Shown here in pieces: positions 1 to 8,905 of a stretch of 64,000 nucleotides of DNA. Both the position numbers and the translations under genes were made by a program. The notes under the pieces are model-generated. The model searched no databases. It saw only the letters and a program-made list of their open reading frames with translations, and was not told the origin of the DNA. How positions within the stretch are numbered: position 1 is the stretch's first letter; every line of letters starts with the position of its first letter. The stretch lies in the sequence record KX397373.1. One strand, written 5' to 3'.

Positions 1-1245
1 GCTGAACCGTACTTCTTTGAGAACGCCAAAGACCAGGTACGCGCATGGCCCGTCCGCACGATGTACAACATTACAATTACGCTGCGCCGTACCAGCGCGT
101 CGCGTGATGAATTGCTGCGCTGGACAAACCGTCTGGACTCTTTAATCGATATGGGTCGCTTCTCGGTGATGACCGAAGCCGAGGCGTTCTATTATATTCC
201 GCGTCCTGCCCTGCACTTACTGAACGCGTGTTATGTGGCTGCCGGTACCCGTGTGCCCGAGTTTGCTGATTTCAAAGCGTACCTGAAAGCCCACTTCACC
301 CCTGATGTCTTTGTGGCAGGGAACGTGGCCGGGGGACAGGAAGCGTTATCGGTACGTTATTCACCGACCCGTCTGGAAACCGTGTACGATGTGCAGGTGC
401 CCGCCTGGGACAAAGACGAGAACCGTTGGGAAGCGACATTCGTTGTGCGCTTCTCGTATCAGCGCCCGGAAGAGATTGTGGTGTCGTATCCGTACATCAT
501 CAATCAAACCCCGTTAGCAGAAGAATACTGGCCAGAGATAGACCCGCCGTGGGTGTCGAACGAGGAAGACGTGCAGCGCCATGCGCAGCAGAAGAACCTC
601 GACGGTACCTGGTGGATTAATGAATCCCGCCAGTTGATTCGTCTGCCGTATCTGCTCTCACCGACCGAGCAGTTTGAACGCACGCACTCCCCGCTAAAGA
701 ACAAGCTGCTGCACATCTTTGGCACGGACGTGGTGTTCGATGAGGACAACATGACCAGCCCGAAAGTGCTGAGCGTCGATGACTTGCCGTACGTCTGGAA
801 CAAAGACCTGCTGCCGTACATCGAACACTGTCGGGCCATTGACCCGACCGGGCAACGGGGGGTGTTCCGTACCGAGTTGTTTGAGGAGGGACAGATCATT
901 GAACCGCGTTTCTATAACTGGGACAACGGTACCTTTGCCCTGAAAGGTCGTGATGTGTTGGTCAACAAAGGCTACTACCTGACCGAGTCGGTGATTTACG
1001 ACTGGCGGAACCTTGACCTTTGGCCACTCCAGTTATACCCGAAAGCCGCGAAGGTGTTAATTGAATGGTTATTCCCCGAGTGGGACGTACCAGCCTGGTG
1101 GTGGGATTTGCCGAAGTTCCCACCGAGTGTGGAGGACGACATCAAGAACCTCACCAAAACGCCAGACAAACGGATTCTGTTAACCATCTTTAACACCACT
1201 ATCTTTACCATGCGAGGTACTGAGAATGTTGAAAGCGTCGCGTGA
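1..1245 (+). CDS. Conserved phiKZ-like (probable virion) protein, 5'-truncated at the window edge
   Basis: The frame is open from base 1 through the ORF-track ATG at 61, so the true start lies upstream of the window. It is the first of a run of tightly packed long ORFs; function is inferred from context. Confidence 0.55.
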   Translation, partial: AEPYFFENAKDQVRAWPVRTMYNITITLRRTSASRDELLRWTNRLDSLIDMGRFSVMTEAEAFYYIPRPALHLLNACYVAAGTRVPEFADFKAYLKAHFTPDVFVAGNVAGGQEALSVRYSPTRLETVYDVQVPAWDKDENRWEATFVVRFSYQRPEEIVVSYPYIINQTPLAEEYWPEIDPPWVSNEEDVQRHAQQKNLDGTWWINESRQLIRLPYLLSPTEQFERTHSPLKNKLLHIFGTDVVFDEDNMTSPKVLSVDDLPYVWNKDLLPYIEHCRAIDPTGQRGVFRTELFEEGQIIEPRFYNWDNGTFALKGRDVLVNKGYYLTESVIYDWRNLDLWPLQLYPKAAKVLIEWLFPEWDVPAWWWDLPKFPPSVEDDIKNLTKTPDKRILLTIFNTTIFTMRGTENVESVA

Positions 1246-2578
1246 CCAAACCACGTTCGTTCCCGTGGAACCGGAAACCCCTATCCTGAATAAACCACAG
1301 GACGGGGTAAAGGAAACCACGAACATCGTGACCCAGCCACTGCGCACTACGGTGACGGACTTTGACCGTATCCCGAAACAGTACCTGATGAAGTACGTGG
1401 AAGGGTCAGCCTGGCCAGTGGATTTCTTCAACTTCCTGAAAGGGAAGAATGATGCGAAGAAATTCTTTGACACGCAGGTCATTACGCCTGACCAGCAGTT
1501 AGAGAAAATCATCGGGATGGAATTGCGGGTAACGTCTGCCCTCGACCGTTCGCAAGACGGGCAGAACAAAACCTTCTCCCTGACCGGCTCGGCTACGGTG
1601 GCCAATACCATTGCGCCGAACGAAGGTTGCTTCTTCGTGGCTCCGATTGGCGATGACCGCTATGCGTTGTTTAACATCACTTCGGTTACCCGGATGTCGA
1701 ACAACAAAGTGGCGACGTACAATATCGAGTACGGGATGCTGTTTGAAGTGTCTCCGGCAATTGCGGAAACCCTGCGCCAGTGTACCGTGCGGGAATGGTA
1801 CTACGTGGCTGAGCGGGCGTGGACAGGTGGTGATACGTTACTGTCCCCGAACGAGTACCGCAGCTTCCTGAAACTGGGCGATGCTGTACTCGACATTGAA
1901 ACCACCTACGTGAAGCGTTTCTGGAACTCGGAAACACAGACACTGTTGTTCCCCCGCGACTGGCGTGTGTACGGGTTGAAGGGAGCGTCGTACTACGACG
2001 TGTTCCTGTGCCTGTTTGTGCGCACCATCGGGCTGCGGGCGGTGGGTAAGGATATTCAGATTTATCCGCACCCGCCAAAGAACGTGGAAGATGTTGAGTG
2101 TTTGTTCACGGCGATTGCCAAACAACAACCGACGTTCCTCAAGTCGTACAACAAACCGAACGGGGCGTATCTGGTTAATACCTTCCGGACGATGCAAACC
2201 CGTAACTCGGTTGCCTGGTCGCGCATCACCAATACCCGTTACTTTAGTGATGACCTGCGTTCACCGAAACAGTTTCCGGCCGAGTGGGTGAAGTTCACGC
2301 CGTTTGACCCGACCATCGTCGACAAATACCGCGGGAACGAAGGGGAATCGCTTCCGGCGTTCTTGCCGTTAACGTATAACCCGTATCTGTTGTCGGAAAC
2401 GTTCTACAACGGCTCGTACAGTTCGTTGCTGGAATACGGTTTGAATCTCTACCTCAATAAGCGTGCAGTCTCCTCCGAGATTGCGTTGAAGCTGGCTGAG
2501 GTGTGCAACACGTTACCAGAGGATGCCCAGTTCTATTACATCCCCCTGGTGTACGTGCTGTTGAAATACGCGAGGTAG
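1226..2578 (+). CDS. Probable virion structural protein (phiKZ-like conserved)
   Basis: 450-aa ORF overlapping the previous stop; resembles conserved phiKZ-family structural proteins by recognition only. Confidence 0.55.
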   Translation: MLKASRDQTTFVPVEPETPILNKPQDGVKETTNIVTQPLRTTVTDFDRIPKQYLMKYVEGSAWPVDFFNFLKGKNDAKKFFDTQVITPDQQLEKIIGMELRVTSALDRSQDGQNKTFSLTGSATVANTIAPNEGCFFVAPIGDDRYALFNITSVTRMSNNKVATYNIEYGMLFEVSPAIAETLRQCTVREWYYVAERAWTGGDTLLSPNEYRSFLKLGDAVLDIETTYVKRFWNSETQTLLFPRDWRVYGLKGASYYDVFLCLFVRTIGLRAVGKDIQIYPHPPKNVEDVECLFTAIAKQQPTFLKSYNKPNGAYLVNTFRTMQTRNSVAWSRITNTRYFSDDLRSPKQFPAEWVKFTPFDPTIVDKYRGNEGESLPAFLPLTYNPYLLSETFYNGSYSSLLEYGLNLYLNKRAVSSEIALKLAEVCNTLPEDAQFYYIPLVYVLLKYAR

Positions 2579-2582
2579 TAGC

Positions 2583-3131
2583 GTGCAACAACGTGACCCA
2601 AAGTTTACCGCAGCCTTTATGCTGTTTCACAAGTGGGTGTTCTGGCGCGTACCGGAGTACGCGACCATTACCAAGTACGCCAGTCAGGAACACGGGTTGT
2701 TCTTACCGGAAGACCCGAAGAAAGCCCGTGCGATTCTGCTCAACAAAAAGAGCATCTATTTGCATCCCTCGGAAGCGGCGGTGTACGCGGCAACCGGTGG
2801 GGCATTAGACATCACCGACCCGAATGACGCGATCATGGTCTACGGGTGGATTATGGAACATCTGGCAGACTGGTTACGGTATATGGAACAACCGCACTTG
2901 ATGGTACGTCCTGTGCCAATGGAAGGGTTGCGGCAGTTCAATGCCCTGGCAGGAAAACTGTTCCCGGTCGCCAACCGCTATGGCTACTTTAAGAAGCCAG
3001 AACGGACAATGGTGTCCGCAGTACAGGCCCTGTTCGGGGAAGTCCGGGAAGAAGTTCAGCAGCACCGGTTTAACGATACGATTATGCGGCGTATCGAGAA
3101 GGTGTATCGTCAACGTGGAGGAATGCTCTAA
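2583..3131 (+). CDS. Conserved hypothetical jumbo-phage protein
   Basis: 182 aa, GTG start, stop overlaps the next start (TAATG). Confidence 0.6.
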   Translation: MQQRDPKFTAAFMLFHKWVFWRVPEYATITKYASQEHGLFLPEDPKKARAILLNKKSIYLHPSEAAVYAATGGALDITDPNDAIMVYGWIMEHLADWLRYMEQPHLMVRPVPMEGLRQFNALAGKLFPVANRYGYFKKPERTMVSAVQALFGEVREEVQQHRFNDTIMRRIEKVYRQRGGML

Positions 3132-4441
3132 TGTCGTTTGGTCGGTTACAGAAAATTGCGAATACGCACATTTCACAAGCGGCAGGATTACCGGCCATCG
3201 ATTACGGGGCATTTATCACTGTACGCGGTGCGCCGTTAACGGTGCTGAAAATCGTCTCGCTGATTCATGCCAGCAACTTCGTTAACGACATGGCGACGCT
3301 CACTCACTTGACGGTGGCGGTGCCGTTTAGCCAGATGCGATTAACGACGTCTGCGGCAGAAGGTGATATCAAAATCAAACTTATCCTGCGTAACGGGAAC
3401 AAGATTGCCGGACGGTTCAGTTACCGGGGCATCGCGATTAATAACCGCGACCACGATATGGAATCCCCGACCATGTTCCTGGGGGAGTCGAACGACAAAT
3501 CCCTGGCGTTGGTAACGTTTGAGTTGATGGATGAGGCGATGTGGTTCTTGCGGGTACGGCAAGTGGGGGGTATTTATCACGATACGAACCCGCTGACCGT
3601 GGCCCGATCGATTCTGGCGGATACTCTGCCCACTGGAGCGGCATCCGAAGGACAGTTGTTGAGCCTGTCTTACGACGAGGAAGAACAGCAGGGGTATCGG
3701 GATATACTGATACCGGACTCGCAGGATTTCTTGTCAGTGTTCGATTACCTGCAAAAGCATTACGGCATTTACAGCAAAGGGCTGGGTGTCTTTTTGTATA
3801 TGCAGCGCTGGCATCTGTTCCAGCCGTGGGACTCGAAGAAGTTTACCGGGGCGAAGAAGAAACTCGTTATCATCAACCTGCCGCGTGAGATGGCCTCACA
3901 ACTTGACCGGACGTGTCAGGTGTCAGGTGATACCGTGTACTTGATTTGTGGTGGGGATGTCGTGGCGATGGAGTCGAAAGACGAAGACGCGATGAACAAA
4001 GGGACGGGGTATCGGGTAGGTTCACTGCGCGTATTAGATGGACGTGCAACGTCGTTCTCCCCAGGGGAGATTTCAACCACGACGTCCGCGGACTTTGTTT
4101 CTCAGGCTGACCCGAATGCGTATCCGGGGGGTGTGGTAAACGCGCCGATTGATCCAAAGCAGCATTTCTCTGACACGGATAAACCGCAACGCTCGAGCCT
4201 GGCCGCCCGTAACGGGACGATTACCAAGACCACTTGGAACCGTTCCACTCACGGGGTGCTGACGCCGGGGATGGCGGTGAAGTATATGTATGCGAACGAC
4301 TATGGCGTCTATTCCCGCTACGGTACCTTGGCCGCTGAGGTCTTCCAGTCAGCCCAAGACGGCCAGACGATGGCCTCGGGTCGATACAATACGCAGTCCC
4401 AGTTAACCCTGTGGCTCACCGAAGAAAAATTTACAGACTAA
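3131..4441 (+). CDS. Probable virion structural protein
   Basis: 436 aa, translationally coupled to the upstream gene within the structural operon. Confidence 0.5.
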   Translation: MSFGRLQKIANTHISQAAGLPAIDYGAFITVRGAPLTVLKIVSLIHASNFVNDMATLTHLTVAVPFSQMRLTTSAAEGDIKIKLILRNGNKIAGRFSYRGIAINNRDHDMESPTMFLGESNDKSLALVTFELMDEAMWFLRVRQVGGIYHDTNPLTVARSILADTLPTGAASEGQLLSLSYDEEEQQGYRDILIPDSQDFLSVFDYLQKHYGIYSKGLGVFLYMQRWHLFQPWDSKKFTGAKKKLVIINLPREMASQLDRTCQVSGDTVYLICGGDVVAMESKDEDAMNKGTGYRVGSLRVLDGRATSFSPGEISTTTSADFVSQADPNAYPGGVVNAPIDPKQHFSDTDKPQRSSLAARNGTITKTTWNRSTHGVLTPGMAVKYMYANDYGVYSRYGTLAAEVFQSAQDGQTMASGRYNTQSQLTLWLTEEKFTD

Positions 4442-4485
4442 CGTAGTGTTATGTCGAAACACACCAAAACCTTAAGGACTTTTCA

Positions 4486-5286
4486 ATGAAAGCGATCCAC
4501 ACGTTTCGCATGTCAGGACAAACGCTTCTGAGCATCGACGAATACGAGAAAAAGAACTTCTCTAAACCGGCGAAGTTATTTGAACGTTGTGTGCAGCTGA
4601 TGCCGCATGGGCAGCAACAGCAGCTGGACTTTATCATGGCCTCGTCCATGGATAAGACCGTTGCCGTCATCTTTACTGTTGACGGTGTTCAAAGCAAACG
4701 TGACCTCGCGATCACTGATGAGGGTAGTCTCGGTGACCTGCTGTTCCGTCACGCCCTGACTACTGCGGTTATCAGTGGGGCGCTGGAAGCGCAGTACGGG
4801 TTTGCCTACTGCTACTTCTACGCCCAGAAAATCTCCAACACCATCGTCCCTGGTGACCCGGATACGTACCCGCAATACATTGAACAGCTGACTCCGGCTG
4901 AGTTCAACGAAAGTGCGGACTACGAGTTCAACGTCTTCCGCTTTACCATGGTCGGCGAATCGCGTGTGAAAGAATACACCACGGCTTTCCGTGCGGTGGT
5001 ACGTTACGCGGTGCTGTCGTCTGACGAAGGGCTGTCCAGTAACTTCAATGAGGTGTTCCCGGTCTTGCAGTTGGGGCCATACATCACCTTCAACGGTTAC
5101 GTACCATTCCCAGCCCAAATCATCGGGCCGTTGAACGACAACTCGATTCTGCCGATTGCCGAAGATCGCGACCTGTTCGCGTCCAACGCGGTACTGCTGG
5201 TGAACGATACGCGTTTCAACATCTCCATCCAGGCGGGTATCAATGACCACGCAATCGCGGTCACGGATAAGATGGCGCTGCGTTAA
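4486..5286 (+). CDS. Hypothetical protein
   Basis: 266 aa; AAGGA RBS upstream; followed by a hairpin. Confidence 0.7.
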   Translation: MKAIHTFRMSGQTLLSIDEYEKKNFSKPAKLFERCVQLMPHGQQQQLDFIMASSMDKTVAVIFTVDGVQSKRDLAITDEGSLGDLLFRHALTTAVISGALEAQYGFAYCYFYAQKISNTIVPGDPDTYPQYIEQLTPAEFNESADYEFNVFRFTMVGESRVKEYTTAFRAVVRYAVLSSDEGLSSNFNEVFPVLQLGPYITFNGYVPFPAQIIGPLNDNSILPIAEDRDLFASNAVLLVNDTRFNISIQAGINDHAIAVTDKMALR

Positions 5287-5290
5287 GACC

Positions 5291-5330
5291 TACCCGACCT
5301 CCTTGTGGGGTCGGGTATCCTTTATTTGTT
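5291..5330 (+). terminator. Intrinsic terminator-like hairpin
   Basis: TACCCGACC(TC)...(GG)GGTCGGGTA stem at 5291-5317 followed by a T-rich run. Confidence 0.6.
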
Positions 5331-5461
5331 TGCTAAACGCCACACAGCGAAGATAACGTGTGCTAAGGCAACGTATGTACCGCAATCGCTTAAAACTCGT
5401 TACAGTGCGTTTGAGAGCGTTTTTAAGGCATTGAAAAGAAAGTTTGACTCCAATGTTTTTC

Positions 5462-5481
5462 AGATATATATTACCTACATG
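5462..5481 (+). promoter_or_regulatory. Putative early (virion RNAP) promoter
   Basis: AGATATATATTACCTACATG. One of 8 intergenic copies of this motif; contains the TATATTAC core reported for phiKZ early promoters. Confidence 0.75.
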
Positions 5482-5532
5482 AGAGAAAACAATTATCTCT
5501 CTAATCCGACCATTTCCTAAAGGAGTTTTACC

Positions 5533-5778
5533 ATGACTAAAATCGCATTCATCAAAGACATGACCAAATGCTTCGGTATCGCAGTGATGATTCTCGCATC
5601 TGCCATCATTGGCTTCCTGTCTCCGTTCGCCGTAATTGACGGTGTAACCTATCTGACCGGTAACATGGTTATCGGTGCGCTTACCGGTGGTGCATGGGGT
5701 GCAACCTTGCTTGTCGGCTGCTTCATGGGTTGGGACAAAGCACTGGTTAACTACTTGAAAGCCAAATTCAAAAAGTAA
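5533..5778 (+). CDS. Small membrane protein (paralog of 6505-6750)
   Basis: 81 aa with hydrophobic segments; AAGGAG RBS; shares LSPF..D..TYLTG....G...GG.W......GWD..L.N.L with 6505-6750. Confidence 0.8.
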   Translation: MTKIAFIKDMTKCFGIAVMILASAIIGFLSPFAVIDGVTYLTGNMVIGALTGGAWGATLLVGCFMGWDKALVNYLKAKFKK

Positions 5779-5787
5779 TACCCCTCT

Positions 5788-5842
5788 AGGCCACCACGCG
5801 GTGGCCTTTTTAATTCGACCATTATCCCATTAGGAGCAGTAA
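5788..5842 (+). repeat. Intergenic hairpin + TCGACYATT + RBS unit, copy 1
   Basis: GGCCACCACGCGGTGGCCTTTTTAATTCGACCATTATCCCATTAGGAGCAGTA; near-identical to 54581-54633. Confidence 0.85.
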
Positions 5843-6442
5843 ATGAACACAATTGAAATGGCAGTAAAAGCGAAAAACGAAGACCAGCTGGTGAATGCCG
5901 TTCTTTATAAACTGTCCCAAAAGTTCGGACACCAATACGTTTCCAGCGGCTTCCAGAATTTGACCACGCGGCCAAGCGGGGAGTACGTGTTGCCGGAGAA
6001 ACTCCAGGCAGCAAAAACCGATAACTATTACGGAGTCCTGGTACACCACATCCAAGCCGCATTGGCTGCGCAGTATGTGGGCTGTACTGTCCGTGTGAGC
6101 CCGGCGCAATATTACCGCGATGGCGATATTGACCCGATCGGTTTCTTTTGCGTTCATGTTGAACATCCTGACGATGGACAGGTCATCAATTTCGTGGTTT
6201 ATCTTCACCCGCTGGAAGCAGCATTCCACGCGGTGGATTTGAACCGGCTTGTTGAGATGAAGACGCTCGCAACACGCGAAACTCCAATCGTGGTACTTAC
6301 CCACGATATGATTTTAGAAGTAACCGGAATGGACTACGTAGATGGATACGTGATTGATTCCGTCAGCATTGCCGCACATGCCGCAGGCTGGTCAGATACC
6401 GAGCAATATGGACTGTCGTTGTTACTGTCCGCGATTAACTAA
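5843..6442 (+). CDS. Hypothetical early protein
   Basis: 199 aa, AGGAG RBS. Confidence 0.8.
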   Translation: MNTIEMAVKAKNEDQLVNAVLYKLSQKFGHQYVSSGFQNLTTRPSGEYVLPEKLQAAKTDNYYGVLVHHIQAALAAQYVGCTVRVSPAQYYRDGDIDPIGFFCVHVEHPDDGQVINFVVYLHPLEAAFHAVDLNRLVEMKTLATRETPIVVLTHDMILEVTGMDYVDGYVIDSVSIAAHAAGWSDTEQYGLSLLLSAIN

Positions 6443-6504
6443 ACACAACCGGGAGAGGAAGCTCTCCCGTAATTCGACCATTAAGCATAACAGGACACCT
6501 TAAG

Positions 6505-6750
6505 ATGACCGACGCTGAAATCAACTTCACAACACCACTCACGTTCAAACGTATTACCCTGGCCATCATTGCAGTCGTTGTTGTACTGCTGTCGCCTTTC
6601 GTTGTAACCGATGTAACCACGTATTTAACCGGCAGTGAATCCCTCGGGGAACTCATTGGCGGGCTTTGGAGTGTGCTGCTGGTAGCAACCTTTTACTTTG
6701 GTTGGGATACCCTGCTGCTGAACCACCTGCGCACCAACTTCACGAAATAA
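6505..6750 (+). CDS. Small membrane protein (paralog of 5533-5778)
   Basis: 81 aa, hydrophobic; preceded by hairpin 6450-6469 and TAATTCGACCATT. Confidence 0.8.
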   Translation: MTDAEINFTTPLTFKRITLAIIAVVVVLLSPFVVTDVTTYLTGSESLGELIGGLWSVLLVATFYFGWDTLLLNHLRTNFTK

Positions 6751-6800
6751 GCTTTACCCTTAACACAATTCGACTATTAACTATCTCAAGGAATACGACC

Positions 6801-6944
6801 ATGATCTCTCGCAAACACAAACTCGCTATCTATTCTATCGCTGTTGCTGTACTGGTAACCGTTGGCATGATGACCATCAACAATGACTACAACACTTGCC
6901 GCGCTAACGGTAACTCAGTAGCACTGTGCACAGGACGCGGCTAA
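6801..6944 (+). CDS. Small single-TM protein with a C-terminal Cys pair
   Basis: Start moved to the ATG at 6801 (AAGGA RBS): MISRKHKLAIYSIAVAVLVTVGMM...TCRANGNSVALC. Confidence 0.7.
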   Translation: MISRKHKLAIYSIAVAVLVTVGMMTINNDYNTCRANGNSVALCTGRG

Positions 6945-6945
6945 G

Positions 6946-7131
6946 ATGACTTTCTCTGATAACGCGTTCGCTGAATTCCTGTCCAACCCACGTATCAAAC
7001 GCGAGTGGGACAATCTGTCTAATGGCTCCCGTCATCGCCAACACGATGATGAGGTGACGCACGTCACTGCCCAAGTGTTACTGGTGGATTCCACCGGTAT
7101 CGCCTATCCCCAATTCGAAGAGAGTTACTAA
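6946..7131 (+). CDS. Hypothetical protein
   Basis: 61 aa, packed directly between neighbours. Confidence 0.6.
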   Translation: MTFSDNAFAEFLSNPRIKREWDNLSNGSRHRQHDDEVTHVTAQVLLVDSTGIAYPQFEESY

Positions 7132-7132
7132 C

Positions 7133-7303
7133 ATGGCTGTAATGCAAAACGCTGACGGTAGTATTCGTGTGCTGGAAGACAATGAAACGGTTGTCCGCGG
7201 CGAAGAAAAGGAAAAGGTGTTCATCGCCGCCCCGAAGAACGTCGTGAAGCCAGATTGGAAAAACGACCTGGCCGAATTCCGCAAACAGCTGGAGAAGAAA
7301 TAA
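7133..7303 (+). CDS. Hypothetical 56-aa protein (absent from the ORF track)
   Basis: MAVMQNADGSIRVLED...FRKQLEKK; fills the gap exactly and its TAA overlaps the next ATG. Confidence 0.65.
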   Translation: MAVMQNADGSIRVLEDNETVVRGEEKEKVFIAAPKNVVKPDWKNDLAEFRKQLEKK

Positions 7304-7866
7304 TGGACATGAAGAAAGAGTTCGACTTCAAGAATCACAAACCGGATACCACAACCAAGCATTACTTTGGAAAAGAAGAACTGGACGGTGTTGTTATTCA
7401 CGACAAACTGGACGATTCGAAAGTGCCAGAAAGTGACTACGCTACCCGTAAGCAACAACTGGCACAAACTGAGCTGGACAAGTTTGACGTCTCTCGTGGC
7501 TTACCGGAAAGTCTTAAACCATGGAACCTCCCACCGGAGAACGTGGGTAAGGGTGTGGTATTGAAGCATATCTTGCATGAAGACCTTCCTGTTGACGCCA
7601 ACGGTAAGGTTGCTGACCTTGCCCCGCCACGCGGGATGTATCGTGACGAAGACGGTAACTTTCGTGACCTGAAGGAGCTCCGTAAACGTGACCTACTGTT
7701 AGGCGGTGATTTCGAAGACGGTGAAGTAGTTAAAATCATCAAAGGGTTAGGTGCAGACTACGACGGTATCTCTTTACCGCTGCATAAACCCTCCCGCGCA
7801 GAGAAGTCCGTCAGTAAATACCGCAATGTGATGAATGGGCTTATCGCTCGCGCATCCAAGAAGTAA
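7303..7866 (+). CDS. Hypothetical charged protein
   Basis: Start moved to the TAATG-coupled ATG (MDMKKEF). Confidence 0.7.
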   Translation: MDMKKEFDFKNHKPDTTTKHYFGKEELDGVVIHDKLDDSKVPESDYATRKQQLAQTELDKFDVSRGLPESLKPWNLPPENVGKGVVLKHILHEDLPVDANGKVADLAPPRGMYRDEDGNFRDLKELRKRDLLLGGDFEDGEVVKIIKGLGADYDGISLPLHKPSRAEKSVSKYRNVMNGLIARASKK

Positions 7867-7873
7867 ATCCAAC

Positions 7874-7899
7874 GCCACCTTCGGGTGGCTTTATTTTTT
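7874..7899 (+). terminator. Intrinsic terminator
   Basis: GCCACC-TTCG-GGTGGC followed by a T tract. Confidence 0.75.
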
Positions 7900-7917
7900 C
7901 CCTTAAGGAATATTGTA

Positions 7918-8796
7918 ATGTTAACCATCGACCAATTCTTACCGAAGTCCGCAGGCGCAGCACCAAGCGCTGAGAACGCATCAATTGTCTACAAGCACGA
8001 GGAAGGTTATCGTTTAACCCGCCATCAGGGCGGTAGCACTGACGTCTTCTTTGTGGTGTGGGACGGTAACACCATTATCGCTTCTGGCTCTTACAACAGT
8101 TTGCAGATGCCAGAACGGCTGGCCAACGAAGACAAAATCCAAACGGTTTACCGAGTCCTGGCCCGTGGAGCCATCTGGTTGCTGGTGCTGACCCGTGACC
8201 CAATTGCCCGTTTAACAGCATTGGACAAATACAACGACTTCGTAGAAGCCATTACCCAACTTGAAGACTATCAGGATGACCGTGTAACACGCGCCATGAG
8301 CAGCTGGAAAGAAGAAGGTGAGATTGCACACTTTGCCGGTAACGCTATCCTGGCGCGCGCTGAGGCGCTGTATTTGGCCTTCCCAACCTGGAACTACGAA
8401 GTCATCAGCAAAGAAGTCGACGGCGTGAAGATGGAGGCGATGGTGCAATACGGTGTGCCGGGTATTCGTCTGCTCTACACCGTGAAGAACGTGGATGAGA
8501 AAGCCCGTGCTGGACAAGAGCTGAAACGCTGGTACACGTTACCGCTTGACGGCGACTGGTACACCGCTGCCGATAATCACCTTGCAGTAATGTCACAAAT
8601 CGCCCAGGGCAATAAAGCCGAGATGGAAGAACCTGCTCAACCGCAGGCTAAGCCTGCTGGGCGGCCGAAGCAAGACTTCACCTGTGAGCAGTGCGGCGCG
8701 ACGTATGAGATTATGCCGTTCAACCGTTTCGAAGCTGTGAAGGTGCGTTGTAAAGAATGCGGTCACGACCAGGTTGATGCCTACCGGGCAAAATAA
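7918..8796 (+). CDS. Hypothetical protein with C-terminal zinc ribbon
   Basis: AAGGA RBS before the ATG at 7918; CEQC...CKEC motif at the C-terminus. Confidence 0.75.
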   Translation: MLTIDQFLPKSAGAAPSAENASIVYKHEEGYRLTRHQGGSTDVFFVVWDGNTIIASGSYNSLQMPERLANEDKIQTVYRVLARGAIWLLVLTRDPIARLTALDKYNDFVEAITQLEDYQDDRVTRAMSSWKEEGEIAHFAGNAILARAEALYLAFPTWNYEVISKEVDGVKMEAMVQYGVPGIRLLYTVKNVDEKARAGQELKRWYTLPLDGDWYTAADNHLAVMSQIAQGNKAEMEEPAQPQAKPAGRPKQDFTCEQCGATYEIMPFNRFEAVKVRCKECGHDQVDAYRAK

Positions 8797-8801
8797 AAGA
8801 G

Positions 8802-8837
8802 ACCCTACTCCTTCGGGAGTAGGGTAGTTCTTTTTTT
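8802..8837. terminator. Bidirectional terminator between convergent genes
   Basis: ACCCTACTCC-TTCG-GGAGTAGGGT with an A-rich run before and a T run after. Confidence 0.8.
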
Positions 8838-8905
8838 GTCCTTATTTTTTTTGTGTTCGAGGACGCATAAACTGCCGTAGGGGAGCCTAAGCTCCCCGGT
8901 CGCTG

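Noticed and set aside
5412-5423. 12-mer TGAGAGCGTTTT shared between the long spacer at 5412 and the dam leader at 38240
   Set aside because: Only two copies with no consistent position relative to genes; could be chance.
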